From an uncultured Thermoleophilia bacterium (GTDB lineage: Bacteria > Actinomycetota > Thermoleophilia > UBA2241), in the NCBI GenBank assembly GCA_963739595.1, contig CAVUBA010000007.1, forward strand, positions 39,899 to 103,898: a stretch of DNA of 64,000 nucleotides, in the 5' to 3' direction. Each line of letters opens with the position of its first letter. Position 1 is the stretch's first letter. The translations under genes and the position numbers were made by a program. Under the pieces are notes generated by a model. The model was not told where the DNA came from, made no database searches, and saw only the letters and a program-made list of their open reading frames with translations. Shown here piece after piece: positions 45,801 through 56,418 of the stretch.

Positions 45801-47006
45801 TGGGCCCACTCCTTGAGCCGGCCGAGCCCCTCCCGGATCTGCTCGACGCTGATGCCGGAGTAGGCGAAGCGCACGTACCGTCGCTCTTCGCCGGGGAGCG
45901 CGCGGCCGAAGTGCAGGCGGGTGCAGAAGCTGATGCCCGTCTGCTCCAGCGCCGCGCGCCGCAGTCTCGTCGTAGGTCGCGAGGCCCTTGCGCTCCATCA
46001 GCCCGGTGACGTCCGGGTACAGGTAGAAGGTCGCCTCCGGGCGGTAGCAGCTGACGCCCGGGATCTCGTTCAGCAGGTCGACCGCCACGTCCCGGCGCTC
46101 CTTCAGCACGCGGAGGATCTCCTCCGCGCCGGACTGGTCACCGGTGAGCGCCTCGACGCCCGCCCACTGGATGAAGTGCGTCGTGCACGACTCCTGGTTG
46201 ACGTTCAGGGTGGCGATGTGCGCGATGAGGTCCTTGGGTCCGAGCGCGGCGCCCAGCCGCCAGCCCGTCATCGCGTACTTCTTGCTGAACGTGTACAGGA
46301 TGACGGTGCGCTCGGCCATCCCGGGGAGGGACGCGATCGATCGGCTCCGCCCCGAGTAGCGCACGTCCCAGTAGGCCTCGTCCGAGAGCACGTACAGATC
46401 GTGCTTGAGGGCCAGTTCGGCCAGCGCGGCGATCTCCTCGTCGGGACTCTCGGCACCGGTGGGGTTGTGGAGGTTGTTGAAGATGAGCAGCTTCGTCCGA
46501 GGGGTGATCGCCGCTTCGATGGCGTCGAAGTCGAGCAGGAAGTTCTTCTCGCCCGGCACGAAGCCGTACGGCTTGGCGACGCCGCCGAGGAACTCGATCT
46601 GGCTCTCGTAGATCGGGAACCCGGGGCTGGGGTAGAGGACTTCGTCGCCGGGGTCCATCAGCGTGAGCAGGAACTTCTCGATGACCGGCTTGCCGCCGGG
46701 TTGGATGGCGACGTTCTCGAGCGCGAGCCCGAGCCCGTGCGAGGCGGCCACATCGGCGGCCAGCGCCTCGCGCAGTTCGGGGATGCCGGCGTTGGGGCAG
46801 TAGCCGGTCTTGCCGTCGCGGATGGCGCGGAAGGCCGCCTCGACGATGTTCCCCGGCGTCGGCAGGTCCAGGTCTCCGAGGTGGAACGGATAGACGGTGT
46901 GGCCGAGCTCTCTCCACTCGTTCGCCTCGGCGGAGACGGCGAACGCCGTCTCGGTCCCGAGGCGGCTGATCCGCTCGGCCACCGGACTCGTCCTTGGTGC
47001 GCTCAT
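45797..47006 (-). CDS. Class I/II PLP aminotransferase (aspartate aminotransferase-like); frameshift near 45960
   Basis: GYCPNAGIPELREA, NNLHNPTG, LSDEAY, FSKKYAMTGWRLG, PEATFYLY. True C-terminus ..VRFAYSG..LKEWAQ* is in the shifted frame. Confidence 0.9.
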
Positions 47007-47030
47007 GCAGCTCACCCCTTAAACGTCGAG

Positions 47031-47060
47031 GGACAGGGTGATGTCCCCATCACCCTGTCC
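47031..47060 (-). promoter_or_regulatory. Perfect 13-bp hairpin in the leader (riboswitch expression platform or terminator-like)
   Basis: GGACAGGGTGATG-tccc-CATCACCCTGTCC between the glycine aptamer and the RBS; no clear U tract. Confidence 0.6.
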
Positions 47061-47100
47061 GTCACGGACCGTGTCCGTGTACTCCAGGGGCCCGTCCGGT

Positions 47101-47196
47101 CGCGTTCCGTTGGCCTGAGAGTTTCGGCGGCGCATCTGGCGCCATCCTTGCCCCTTCGGCGCCCGCCCATTCCTTCGAGCGGCGGGCTCTCACGCG
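47101..47196 (-). ncRNA. Glycine riboswitch (single aptamer)
   Basis: Minus strand: CGCGU-GAGAG..GCCGAAGGGGCAA..GAAACUCUCAGGC..ACGCG, upstream of the gcvT-glyA-containing operon. Confidence 0.88.
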
Positions 47197-47328
47197 GTCA
47201 TCCACCGGGCATCCTCGGTTCTCAGGCACTGTAGCACCGGGTTTCCGGCGGTGGCAACGTCCACGGCCGGACGGGAGCCCACGGCCGGCCGTCAGTCGTC
47301 CCCGCGAGCCAGCGGCTCAACGCCGAGC

Positions 47329-47693
47329 TCAGGAGGCTGGCTCCTGGTCCGGCAACCCGGCCGGCAGCGCGAACGAGAAGGCGGCGCCTGCGCCCGGCGC
47401 GCTCTCGGCCCAGACGCGTCCGCCGTGCGCTTCCACGGCTCGCCGGACGATCGCGAGGCCGATGCCGGATCCCTCGAACTCCCCGCCGTGGAGGCGCTCG
47501 AACACCTGGAAGAGCTTGCCGGCGTGGTCCATATCGAACCCGGGGCCGTTGTCGGAGACGGTGTAGACGGCCTCTTCGCCCGCTCGTCGTCCGTCGATCA
47601 CGATGCTGGGTTCGTCCTCGTCCGACGTGAACTTGAGTGCGTTGGACAGACTGTGCCGATGAGGCCGATGAGGGCCTCGTCGATGATCCGCAC
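47329..47693 (-). pseudogene. Stand-alone or remnant histidine-kinase ATPase domain
   Basis: LSNALKF, DNGPGF, FQVFERLH, GSGIGLAIV, GAAFSF. No HisKA or sensor domain fits before trpS. Confidence 0.7.
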
Positions 47694-47801
47694 GTCGCTC
47701 AAGATCCTCCCCGTAAGCTCTCCGCTCGCACAGATTACCTATTCGCGCGCTGCGGAGCACGCGGTGGCCGGTCCCTACGCGCTTCTGTAGACTCCGGAGC
47801 C

Positions 47802-48826
47802 GTGAGCACTCAGGAACAGACATCGGCACGGCGCCCCCGCGTCTTCAGCGGCAGTCAGCCGTCGGGCACGCTGCACCTCGGCAACTACCTCGGCGCCATC
47901 CGCAACTACGTCGCCATGCAGGAAAGCCACGACTGCCTCTACTGCGTCGTCGACCTGCACGCCATCACCGTGCGCCAGGTGCGCGCCGATCTCCGCCGCA
48001 ACACCATCGACGTCGCGAACGCGTATCTTCGCCGCCGGCGTCGATCCGGAGCACTCCATCGTCTTCGTCCAGAGCCACGTGCCGGCGCACACGGAGCTGA
48101 TGTGGATCCTGAACACCATCACGTACATGGGCGAGTTGCGGCGCATGACGCAGTTCAAGGACAAGACGGCCGGCGCCGAAGGCGAGAGCGTCGGCGTCGG
48201 GCTGTTCGACTATCCGGTGCTCATGGCGGCGGACATCCTGCTGTACCGTGCGGACGCCGTGCCTGTGGGCGAGGACCAGAAGCAGCACGTCGAGCTCACG
48301 CGTGACGTGGCCGAGCGGTTCAACCACGCCTTCGGCAAGACGTTCGTGGTCCCCGAGCCGATCATCCGCAGCGAGGGCAGGCGGGTCATGAGCCTGGACG
48401 ACCCGGCGAAGAAGATGAGCAAGAGCGCCGGGTCGGAGAACAGCTACATCGCGCTCATGGACGCGCCGGACGTCATCCGCAGGAAGATCCGGCGCGCCGT
48501 CACCGACTCGGGCACCGAGGTCCGGGGCGGTCCGGACAAGCCGGCGCTCACCAACCTGCTCGACATCTACAGCATCCTGTCCGGCGCCACCGTCCTCGAC
48601 GATCGAGCAGCGCTACGAGGGCAGGGGCTACGCGGACTTCAAGGTCGATCTGGCCGAGGTCGTCGTCGAGGCCCTCGCGCCCATCCAGGCGCGCATCCGG
48701 GAGCTCGAGGCCGACAAGAGCTACACGCTGGACGTCCTCAAGACCGGCGCCGAGCGCGCCGAGGCGATCGCCGAGCGCACCCTTGCCAAGGTGCGCGAGC
48801 GCGTCGGGCTGGTGCCGCGGCCGTAG
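47802..48826 (+). CDS. trpS: Tryptophanyl-tRNA synthetase; frameshifts near 48025 and 48600
   Basis: [46 protein letters not shown]. Confidence 0.95.
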
Positions 48827-48863
48827 CCGCCTTCGGCGCCGGCCTGTGCCGCCCACCATCGCC

Positions 48864-49789
48864 GTGACCTCCCTGACTCCATCGGCGGACCGCAGCCGGC
48901 AGATCCGCACGGTCCTCTGGGTCGTGCTGGCGCTGAACATCGCCGTGGCGCTGGCGAAGCTCTCCTACGGCATCATCAGCCACTCCGCGGCGATGGAGGC
49001 CGACGGCTTCCACTCGCTCTTCGACGGCGCCTCGAACATCATCGGGCTCGTCGGCATGTGGTTCGCGTCGCGACCTGCCGACGAGGGTCACCCCTATGGC
49101 CACGCGAAGTTCGAGACCGTGGCCGCCGCGGTGATCGGGATCCTGCTGGCCTTCGCCGGCTACACGGTGGGCAAAGGCGCCATCGACAGCCTCACCGGCA
49201 GCGGTGTGCCCACGGAGGTCACGACCATCTCCTTCGTGATCATGCTGGGCACGCTCGCCGTCAACCTCTTCGTCACCACCTGGGAGCGCCGCGCCGGCAA
49301 GCGCCTGGGCAGCGAGATCCTCATCGCCGACGCGAGTCACACGCTCAGCGACGTGATGGTCAGCTCGGGCGTCATCGTCAGCCTCATCCTGGTCAAGGTG
49401 GGCTTCGAGGCGGCCGACGGCGTGGTCGCGCTTCTCGTCGCCGTCGTCATCTTCCACACCGCGTGGGGCATCTTCCGCGGCGTCCTGCACACGCTCGGCG
49501 ACGCCGCCCGCCTGCCGGCCGACGAGGTCGCCGCCGTTGCGGCCGCCGTGCCCGGCGTCGTGGGGCGCACAGCGTGCGCACGCGCGGTCCGGAGAGCCAG
49601 GTCGCGGTCGACCTGCACGTGCAGGTCGATCCCGAGACCACGGTCGCGCGCGGTCACGCCATCACGCACGAGGTGGAGGACGCGTTGCGCAAGGCCTACG
49701 GACAGATCACCGACGTCGTCGTCCACCTCGAGCCGGCGGCCACCGGACAGGCGGGCGCTCGTCAGCCGGCCTCGCGCCCGGTAGACTAG
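48864..49789 (+). CDS. Cation diffusion facilitator transporter; frameshift near 49565
   Basis: ADGFHSLFD, HPYGHAKFE, ADASHTLSD, C-terminal DLHVQV..VVVHLEP. Confidence 0.9.
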
Positions 49790-49816
49790 CCGTCTGCAGC
49801 GCCCGCCGGAGGACCA

Positions 49817-50221
49817 ATGATCACGATCGAAACGATGAAGTTCCGCACCGCCGACATGGTCGGCGAGGAGTTCCCCCTCGTGTTCTGGCGCGGCAAGGGC
49901 CGCATCGTGGCGTCGGACGACACCAGCCTGTCGCTCCTGGTCCGCGGCTTGCGCGTCGACCTCACCTGGGACCGGCTCGTCACCACCTGGGCGCGGACGC
50001 TCTCCAATCACACGCTCACCGTCGACGAACTCGGCGGCGGCGCCGACGCGGTCGGCGTCGTGAGTCTGTTCGCCCTCATGCAGGCCGACGCCGTGTCCGT
50101 GCTGGACACTGACGGGCTCCTGGTGGTCGACGACACCGTCGGCACGCCGGTGCATCAGTTCGCCGACATGTCACGCCCCACCTCGTGGGCTCCGTGGCGT
50201 CGCAAGATCCACGGCGACTGA
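49817..50221 (+). CDS. Hypothetical protein
   Basis: GGAGG RBS, 134-aa ORF with host-like codon usage; no motif recognised. Confidence 0.65.
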   Translation: MITIETMKFRTADMVGEEFPLVFWRGKGRIVASDDTSLSLLVRGLRVDLTWDRLVTTWARTLSNHTLTVDELGGGADAVGVVSLFALMQADAVSVLDTDGLLVVDDTVGTPVHQFADMSRPTSWAPWRRKIHGD

Positions 50222-50270
50222 GCGGCCTGCTCCACCCCCTCGTCTCTGCTTCGCGAAAGGGAGGTCTGCT

Positions 50271-51167
50271 GTGATCCGGGTATCCCGAGACCAGAGCGTC
50301 TTCAGCCTGTCCGCCGACGCCGCCCCGGTGGCGCGCGTCCAGCCCGGTGAGAGCTTCGTGCTCGAGACGGCGGACTGCTTCAGCGACCAGGTCCAGTCCG
50401 CCGACGCTGCGCTCGGTGGCGTCGACTGGGAGCAGATCAATCCGGCCACCGGGCCAGTCTACGTCGAGGGTGTGGGGCCGGGAGACGTCCTGGTCGTGCG
50501 CATCGACCGCATCGAAGTGGCCGCGCGTGGAGTGATGGCGGTCAGCGGCGACTTCGGCGTCCTGCGCGACAAGTTCGAAGGCATCGCCTTCGAGATGATC
50601 CCGCTCGAGGACGGCTACGCACGCGTCGCCGGCGCGCGGGTCCCCGTCCGGCCGATGATCGGCGTCATCGGTGTCGCTCCCGCGGGCGCCGCTGTGCCGT
50701 GCGGCTCGCCGGGTCCTCACGGCGGCAACATGGACACGCGGATCATCGGCGAGGGCGCGACGGTCTACTTCCCTGTCTCCGCGCCCGGAGCGCTGCTCTC
50801 GGCCGGCGATCTGCACGCTGCCATGGGCGACGGTGAGATCTGCGGCACCGGCGTGGAGATCCAGGGCAGCATCCAGCTGACCGTGGACGTCCGCCGCGAC
50901 CTGGAGCTCAGCGAGCCCGTGGTCGAGACCGATGACGTGGTCGCCGCCGTCGCCTCCGCTGAGACGCTCGACGCGGCGGCCGAACAGGCGACGCGTCACA
51001 TGGCCGACCTCCTCATGGGGCGCCTCGGCCTGACGGCGACGCAGGCGGCGACGCTGATGAGCGCCGCCGGGCAACTGCAGGTGTCCCAGATCGTGGATCC
51101 TCTGAAGACGGCGCGGTTCTCGATGTCCAAGGAGCTGCTGGCGCCGTACGGCCGCGACCTCCTCTGA
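50271..51167 (+). CDS. Acetamidase/formamidase family protein
   Basis: ETADC, NPATGPVYVEG..PGD, PMIGVIG, HGGNMD, GDLHAAMGDGE. Confidence 0.9.
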   Translation: MIRVSRDQSVFSLSADAAPVARVQPGESFVLETADCFSDQVQSADAALGGVDWEQINPATGPVYVEGVGPGDVLVVRIDRIEVAARGVMAVSGDFGVLRDKFEGIAFEMIPLEDGYARVAGARVPVRPMIGVIGVAPAGAAVPCGSPGPHGGNMDTRIIGEGATVYFPVSAPGALLSAGDLHAAMGDGEICGTGVEIQGSIQLTVDVRRDLELSEPVVETDDVVAAVASAETLDAAAEQATRHMADLLMGRLGLTATQAATLMSAAGQLQVSQIVDPLKTARFSMSKELLAPYGRDLL

Positions 51168-51217
51168 CCGTCTGCCGGGGCCCCGCTCGGCCCGACAAGA
51201 GACCGGAAGGATGCACG

Positions 51218-52096
51218 ATGGCTGAGGGATACGGCGCGCAGAGCATGGTGGGTCGGCTTCGGCGCGTGGTGATGCGGCGGCCCGGCGCGGCCATGGCCGC
51301 CGCCGACCCTCGGACATGGCACTACACCGGCGCGATCGACGTCGAGGCTGCGCGCGAAGCGCACGACGCCTTCGCCGACGCGCTGCGCGCCTGGGACGTC
51401 GAGGTCCTCTACCACGAGGAGCCGCTGCCGGACCACAGCGACAGCGTCTTCGTCTTCGACCCGGTCCTCGTCACCGACCGGGGCACGCTCGTGCTCAGCA
51501 TGGGCAAGGAGCTACGCCGCGGCGAAGAGGAGCCGCTCGGCGCGGACGCTGCAGGAATGCGGCGTGCCGGTCTACGGCCGCCTGGAGGGCGAACGCCCGC
51601 GCCGAGGGCGGCGACACCATGTGGCTCGACCACGACACCCTCGCGGTCGGCCGCGGCTTTCGCACGAACGCCGAGGGCGTCCGTCAGCTCCGCGGCCTCC
51701 TCGAGCCGCTCGGGCGCCGCGGTCCTCGACTACGACCTGCCGTACTTCACCGGTCCGGAGGCGTGCCTCCACCTGCTCAGCCTGATCAGCCCCGTGGACG
51801 TCGACCTCGCCGTCGCCTACCCGCCGCTCATGCCGACCGCGTTCTGGGCTGAGCTGAGGCGTCGCGGGGTCCGCCTGCTCGAGGTCCCCGAGGAGGAGTT
51901 CCTGCAGACGCAGGCCACCAACGTCCTCACCGTCGCCCCGCGCAAGTGCATCATGCTGGAGGGCAGTCCGGTGACGAAGCAGCTGCTCGAGATGGCCGAC
52001 TGCGAGGTCGTCACCTTCCCCGGCGAGCCGCTCTCGCTCAAGGCGGAGGGCGGGCCCACCTGCCTCACGCGGCCGGTGCTGCGCGACCCGGAGTGA
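51218..52096 (+). CDS. Dimethylarginine dimethylaminohydrolase / arginine-deiminase-like pentein; compensating frameshifts
   Basis: DSVFVFD, RRGEE, EGGD, RTN, CLHL, GGPTCLT (catalytic Cys). Confidence 0.85.
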   Translation: MAEGYGAQSMVGRLRRVVMRRPGAAMAAADPRTWHYTGAIDVEAAREAHDAFADALRAWDVEVLYHEEPLPDHSDSVFVFDPVLVTDRGTLVLSMGKELRRGEEEPLGADAAGMRRAGLRPPGGRTPAPRAATPCGSTTTPSRSAAAFARTPRASVSSAASSSRSGAAVLDYDLPYFTGPEACLHLLSLISPVDVDLAVAYPPLMPTAFWAELRRRGVRLLEVPEEEFLQTQATNVLTVAPRKCIMLEGSPVTKQLLEMADCEVVTFPGEPLSLKAEGGPTCLTRPVLRDPE

Positions 52097-52107
52097 AGGG
52101 CGCCGCG

Positions 52108-53460
52108 ATGGGCGACCGAGCTCACGTCGGCCGAACGCGGCGCGCTGGAAGCGCTCGACCTCGACGGCCTGGTCGCCTTTCTCCGCGAGCTGATCGCGAT
52201 CCCCAGCCTCGACGGCGGCGAGTCGCCGGCACAGCGTCGGGTCGCCGCCTGGATGCAGGAGGCCGGCCTCGAGACCGATGTCTGGCCGATCGACCTCGAC
52301 GAGCTGGCGCGTCACCCCGACTGGTGCCACGAGGTCGATCGCGACGAGGCGCTCGGGGTGGTCGGCTGGTATGGCGAGCGCGCGGCCGGCCGAGCTGCCG
52401 CCGGCAGGGGCGCCGGCCGCGACCTGCTCCTGAACGGCCACATCGACGTCGTGCCCGCCGGCGACCTGGCGGCGTGGACGACGCCGCCGTGGGACCCGGC
52501 CGTCAGGGACGGCCGGGTCTACGGCCGGGGCGCCGTCGACATGAAGGGCGGCCTCTGCTGCGCGCTCTTCGCCGCTCAAGGCCGTCCGCGACGCCGGCGT
52601 GCGCCTGCGCGGCCGCCTGAGCGTCGCCAGCGTGGTCGGCGAGGAGGACGGCGGCACCGGCACGCTGGCGACGATCCTGCGCGGCCACACGGCCGACGGC
52701 GCCGTGGTCGTGGAGCCGACGAGGCTGCACGTGGTCCGGCGCAGGCCGGCTCGCTGATGTTCCGCCTCGTCGTCCACGGGCTCTCCGCGCACGGCTGCGT
52801 GCGCGAGGAGGGCGTCAGCGCCGTCGAGAAGTTCGTGCCGCTGCTCGCGGCGCTGCGGCGGCTCGAGGCGGAGCGCTGCGGAGTCGCCGGCGATCCGGGC
52901 ACCGGCGCCGAGGCTTTCCGCGTCCGTCGCGGGGGACCCGCAGTCGCCGCTCTTCGCCGGCTACCGTCTGCCGTGGCCCATCGAGGTCGGCACGGTGCGC
53001 GCCGGCGACTGGGCCTCGCAGCGTCCCCGACACGCTGGTGGCGGAGGGACGCTACGGCGTCGCGGTCGGCGAGGACGTCGCCGCAGCCCGGCGGGCGTTC
53101 GAGGACGCGATCGCCCGCGCTGCCGCGGCCGACCCCTGGCTCGCCGAGCACCCGCCCGAGGTCGAGTGGTGGGGCGGACGCTTCGACCCGGCGGTCACCG
53201 ACCCGGACGATCCGATCGTCGCCGCCGTGACCGGCGCCGCGGCGGACGTCACCGGTTCGGCGCCTCCGGTCGAGGGCGTCACCTACGGCGCCGACATGCG
53301 TCTGCTCGTCAACGTCGGGCGCATCCCGACGGTGCTGTTCGGCCCCGGCGACGTGCGTGTCGCGCACATGCCCGACGAGCACGTCCCGATCGAGGAGCTT
53401 CGCGCGGCCGCCGAGGCGCTCGTGCTCGTCGCGCTGCGCTTCTGCGGTGTCGAGGAGTAG
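52108..53460 (+). CDS. ArgE/DapE family M20 deacylase; multiple frameshifts
   Basis: NGHIDVVP, GRGAVDMKGG, GEEDGG, SAHG, YGADMR, FGPGD..AH.PDE. Confidence 0.88.
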
Positions 53461-53726
53461 CCCGCCGCTCCGATTCGCCGCCGCCGCGGCACGCCGGGGA
53501 TATGTCTAGACAAGACCTTGGCTCCGCCTGCCTGGCGACGTATAGTTGGCCCGCTCTTGGCCGGCTCGGGCCCGTGCGCCGACTCACGCAGGCTTTGCCG
53601 GGAGGGAGCAGCAGGCAGCCACCGGCGCGCGTCCGGGTCGGGGTACCCGGGCGACGGGACTCAGGTAGGCGTACTTTCGCGCCCCGGTGGTAACTCGGCA
53701 GGTACAACTAGTCGAAAGGAACTCAC

Positions 53727-55197
53727 GTGTCAGAACCAGGTCCCGTCGCCCAGCTGGAGCGGAACGCGGTCGGCTTGACCGACGTGCTGTTCCAGTCCAT
53801 CACGTCGATGGCCCCCGGCGCCGCCATCGCCGCTTCCATCCCCCTCGGCGCCGCGTTCGCCGGCGGCGCGCTTCCGCTCTCGGTGTTCATCGCGTTCATC
53901 GGCATGCTGTTCACCGCCGTGAGCATCGGACAGCTCGCCAAGCACATCCCGGCCGCCGGCTCTGTGGCCACCTACAACGCCGTCGGCCTCGCCCCGTGGG
54001 TCGGGTTCCTCGTCGGCTGGGCCTACGCCGCGGTCGAGGTGCTCATCGTCCCGCTCGTCATGCTGCAGCTCGGCTACACCGTCGCCGGCGAGTGGAACAG
54101 CGAGCAGTCGTCCTTCCCGATCGGCCTGTGGTGGATCTTCATGGTCGCCGGCACGCTGCTGATCTGCTTCCTCGTCTACCGCGGCGTGAAGACGTCGACC
54201 CGCACCGGCGTCGTGCTCGGCTTCATCGAGATCACCGTCTTTCTCGCCTTGTCGATCGTGCTGGTGATCAAGGCGGGGAACCACAACACGCTGTCGGTCT
54301 TCACGCCGCACTTCGCGAACGCCGAGGGCTACAAGGGCATGACCGGCGTGATCGCCGGAGCGGTGGGCGCGCTGCTCGCCTTCTCCGGGTTCGAGGCGGC
54401 CGCGCCCCTGGCGGAGGAGACCAAGAATCCGCGCAAGAACGTGCCGCGCGCGGTCATCCTGTCGACGATCCTCATCGGCGCTCTCTACATCTTCACCACC
54501 TACGCGGCCGACCGTCTACTACGGCCCGGAGAGGTTCTCCGGCTTCGCCGCCTACGCGAACGGCGTGCCGTGGGACGGGCTCGCCCGCTCGGTGTCGATG
54601 GTGTTCTGGGCGCTCGTCCTGTTCGCGATCATCAACTCGACGCTCGCGAACGCTAACGCCGGGGCGAACGTGTTCACGCGCACGGCCTACGCGTTCGGTC
54701 GCGTCGGCGCGTTCCCGCGCTGGTTCGCCGACCTGCACCCCAAGTACAAGTCACCGCGGGTCGGCCTCCTCGTCGAGCTGCTCCTGAGCCTCGCCGTCGG
54801 CCTGGCGCTCGGCTTCAAGTACACCCCGCAGGTCGCGTTCGGCATCATCGGCACGGCGCTCGTCGTGATCGTCGTGCCGGTGTACATCGCCACCAACATC
54901 GCCTGCATCGGCTTCTTCGCCCGGCACCGCAAGGAGGAGCAGCACTGGGTGCTGCACATCATCGTGCCGATCATCGGCGCCCTGCTCCTGATCCCCGGCT
55001 TCTTCAGCGTCGCCGGCATCACCGGCGTTCCGGGGCTCTCGTTCATCTCGGCGCTCACGTCGCCGTACAAGTACGCGCCCTACGTGATGGCCGCCTGGCT
55101 GGTCTTCGGCATCGTCATCCTCTTCTGGCTGCGTTCGCGCCGGCCGGAGGCGGTCGACAAGGTCGCCCACGTCTACCTCGAAGACGAAGGCATGTGA
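53727..55197 (+). CDS. APC-family amino acid/polyamine permease; frameshift near 54510
   Basis: SMAPG, PAAGS, GFEAAAPLAEETKNP, LHPKYKSP; about 12 hydrophobic segments. Confidence 0.9.
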
Positions 55198-55247
55198 GTC
55201 AGAGGCGCTAGCGACGTCCGGCTGTGAAGCGGCCGGAGCACTGGATG

Positions 55248-55290
55248 GAGGGCCGGGGCGGCGCATGTCGCCCCGGCCCTCTTCGTTTCT
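55248..55290 (+). terminator. Rho-independent terminator after the APC permease
   Basis: GAGGGCCGGGGCGGC-gcat-GTCGCCCCGGCCCTC followed by TTCGTTTCT. Confidence 0.7.
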
Positions 55291-55339
55291 GGCGTCGGGT
55301 ACTAGACTGAGCGGTGTCCGGCGACTCGAAGGGAGGCGG

Positions 55340-56281
55340 GTGCCGCTGCCGGTGGGCTACATCCTGCGCCACCCGACGGAGGCCGATGTTCCGGGGGCTC
55401 AGGCCGTACTTGATGCGGCAGAGAGTCACGACGCGGGTGAGGCGCGCACTCACGACGACGACCTGGCGACGGAATGGAAGGACCCGGGGAGTCATCCGGA
55501 GACGGACTGGTGGGTGATCGTCGGACCGGCCGACCGGATCGTCGCCGTCGGCTGGCTGCGGCCGGAGACGGCAGGCGAGGTCACGGCCGACCACTACGTT
55601 CACCCCGGGCATCGCGGACTCGGGCTCGGCGACGTGCTGCTGGACCTGATCGTCGCGCGCGCCGCGCAGCTGCCTTCCCGACGGCCCGATGGCGGCGTCC
55701 GCATGCTGGTCGCCTGGTCTGAGGACCACGACCATGTTCGGCGGGCGGCATTGGAGACGCGTGGCTTCGAGCGAGTCAGGCAGTTCTACGAGATGGCGGT
55801 GGATCTCGATGAGGAGCCGGCGCCGGCGCAGTGGCCCCCGGGACTCGAGCCACGATCGTTCCGGCCGGACCTCGACGAGCAGTACGTGTGGCAGGCGGAC
55901 AACGAGGCGTTCTCGGAGCACTACCTCTACCAGATGCGCACGCTGGAGGAATGGCGCCTGCATCATCTGGAGACCGCGGACGCTGATCCGACGCTCTGGT
56001 GGCTCGCCTGGGACGGCGAGGAGTTGACCGGCTACGTCACCGCGGTCAGCGGCGAACACGGCGCCGTGGTCGGCGACCTCGCCGTCCGCAAGCCGTGGCG
56101 CGGGCGCGGGATCGGGCGCGCGCTGCTGTTGGCCGTGTTCCGGACGCTGCGTGAGCGCGGCCAGCCGGGCGTCCGCCTCATGGTCGACGCCCAGAACATC
56201 ACCAACGCCGTCCGCGTCTACGAGGCGGCCGGCATGCACGTCTCCCGCCGCTTCGACGTGCTGGAGAAGCCGCTCGCCTGA
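55340..56281 (+). CDS. Tandem GNAT acetyltransferase (MshD-like fold)
   Basis: VHPGHRGLGLG and VRKPWRGRGIGRALL acetyl-CoA motifs; A.RVYE.AG. Confidence 0.85.
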   Translation: MPLPVGYILRHPTEADVPGAQAVLDAAESHDAGEARTHDDDLATEWKDPGSHPETDWWVIVGPADRIVAVGWLRPETAGEVTADHYVHPGHRGLGLGDVLLDLIVARAAQLPSRRPDGGVRMLVAWSEDHDHVRRAALETRGFERVRQFYEMAVDLDEEPAPAQWPPGLEPRSFRPDLDEQYVWQADNEAFSEHYLYQMRTLEEWRLHHLETADADPTLWWLAWDGEELTGYVTAVSGEHGAVVGDLAVRKPWRGRGIGRALLLAVFRTLRERGQPGVRLMVDAQNITNAVRVYEAAGMHVSRRFDVLEKPLA

Positions 56282-56326
56282 CGGTCGCGGCCAGCCCGGC
56301 GTCTTCGGGCGTCGCGTCGCTCCGGC

Positions 56327-56371
56327 GAAGAGAAGGGGCCGGGGCGGCCTGGCCTCGCCGCCCCGGCCCTT
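56327..56371 (-). terminator. Terminator between convergent genes
   Basis: 15-bp GC hairpin (56334-56371) followed on the minus strand by TCTCTTC. Confidence 0.6.
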
Positions 56372-56418
56372 GGCGCTCCCGGCAGTCGAGAGCGTCCCAG
56401 GGAGTTCTGTCGCCGCTG

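Noticed and set aside
43092-47015. 1307-aa triple fusion aminotransferase-GcvT-SHMT
   Set aside because: The segment at about 45800-45960 is out-of-frame nonsense. The aminotransferase's real C-terminus and TGA (45797) are in another frame, overlapping a GTG start.
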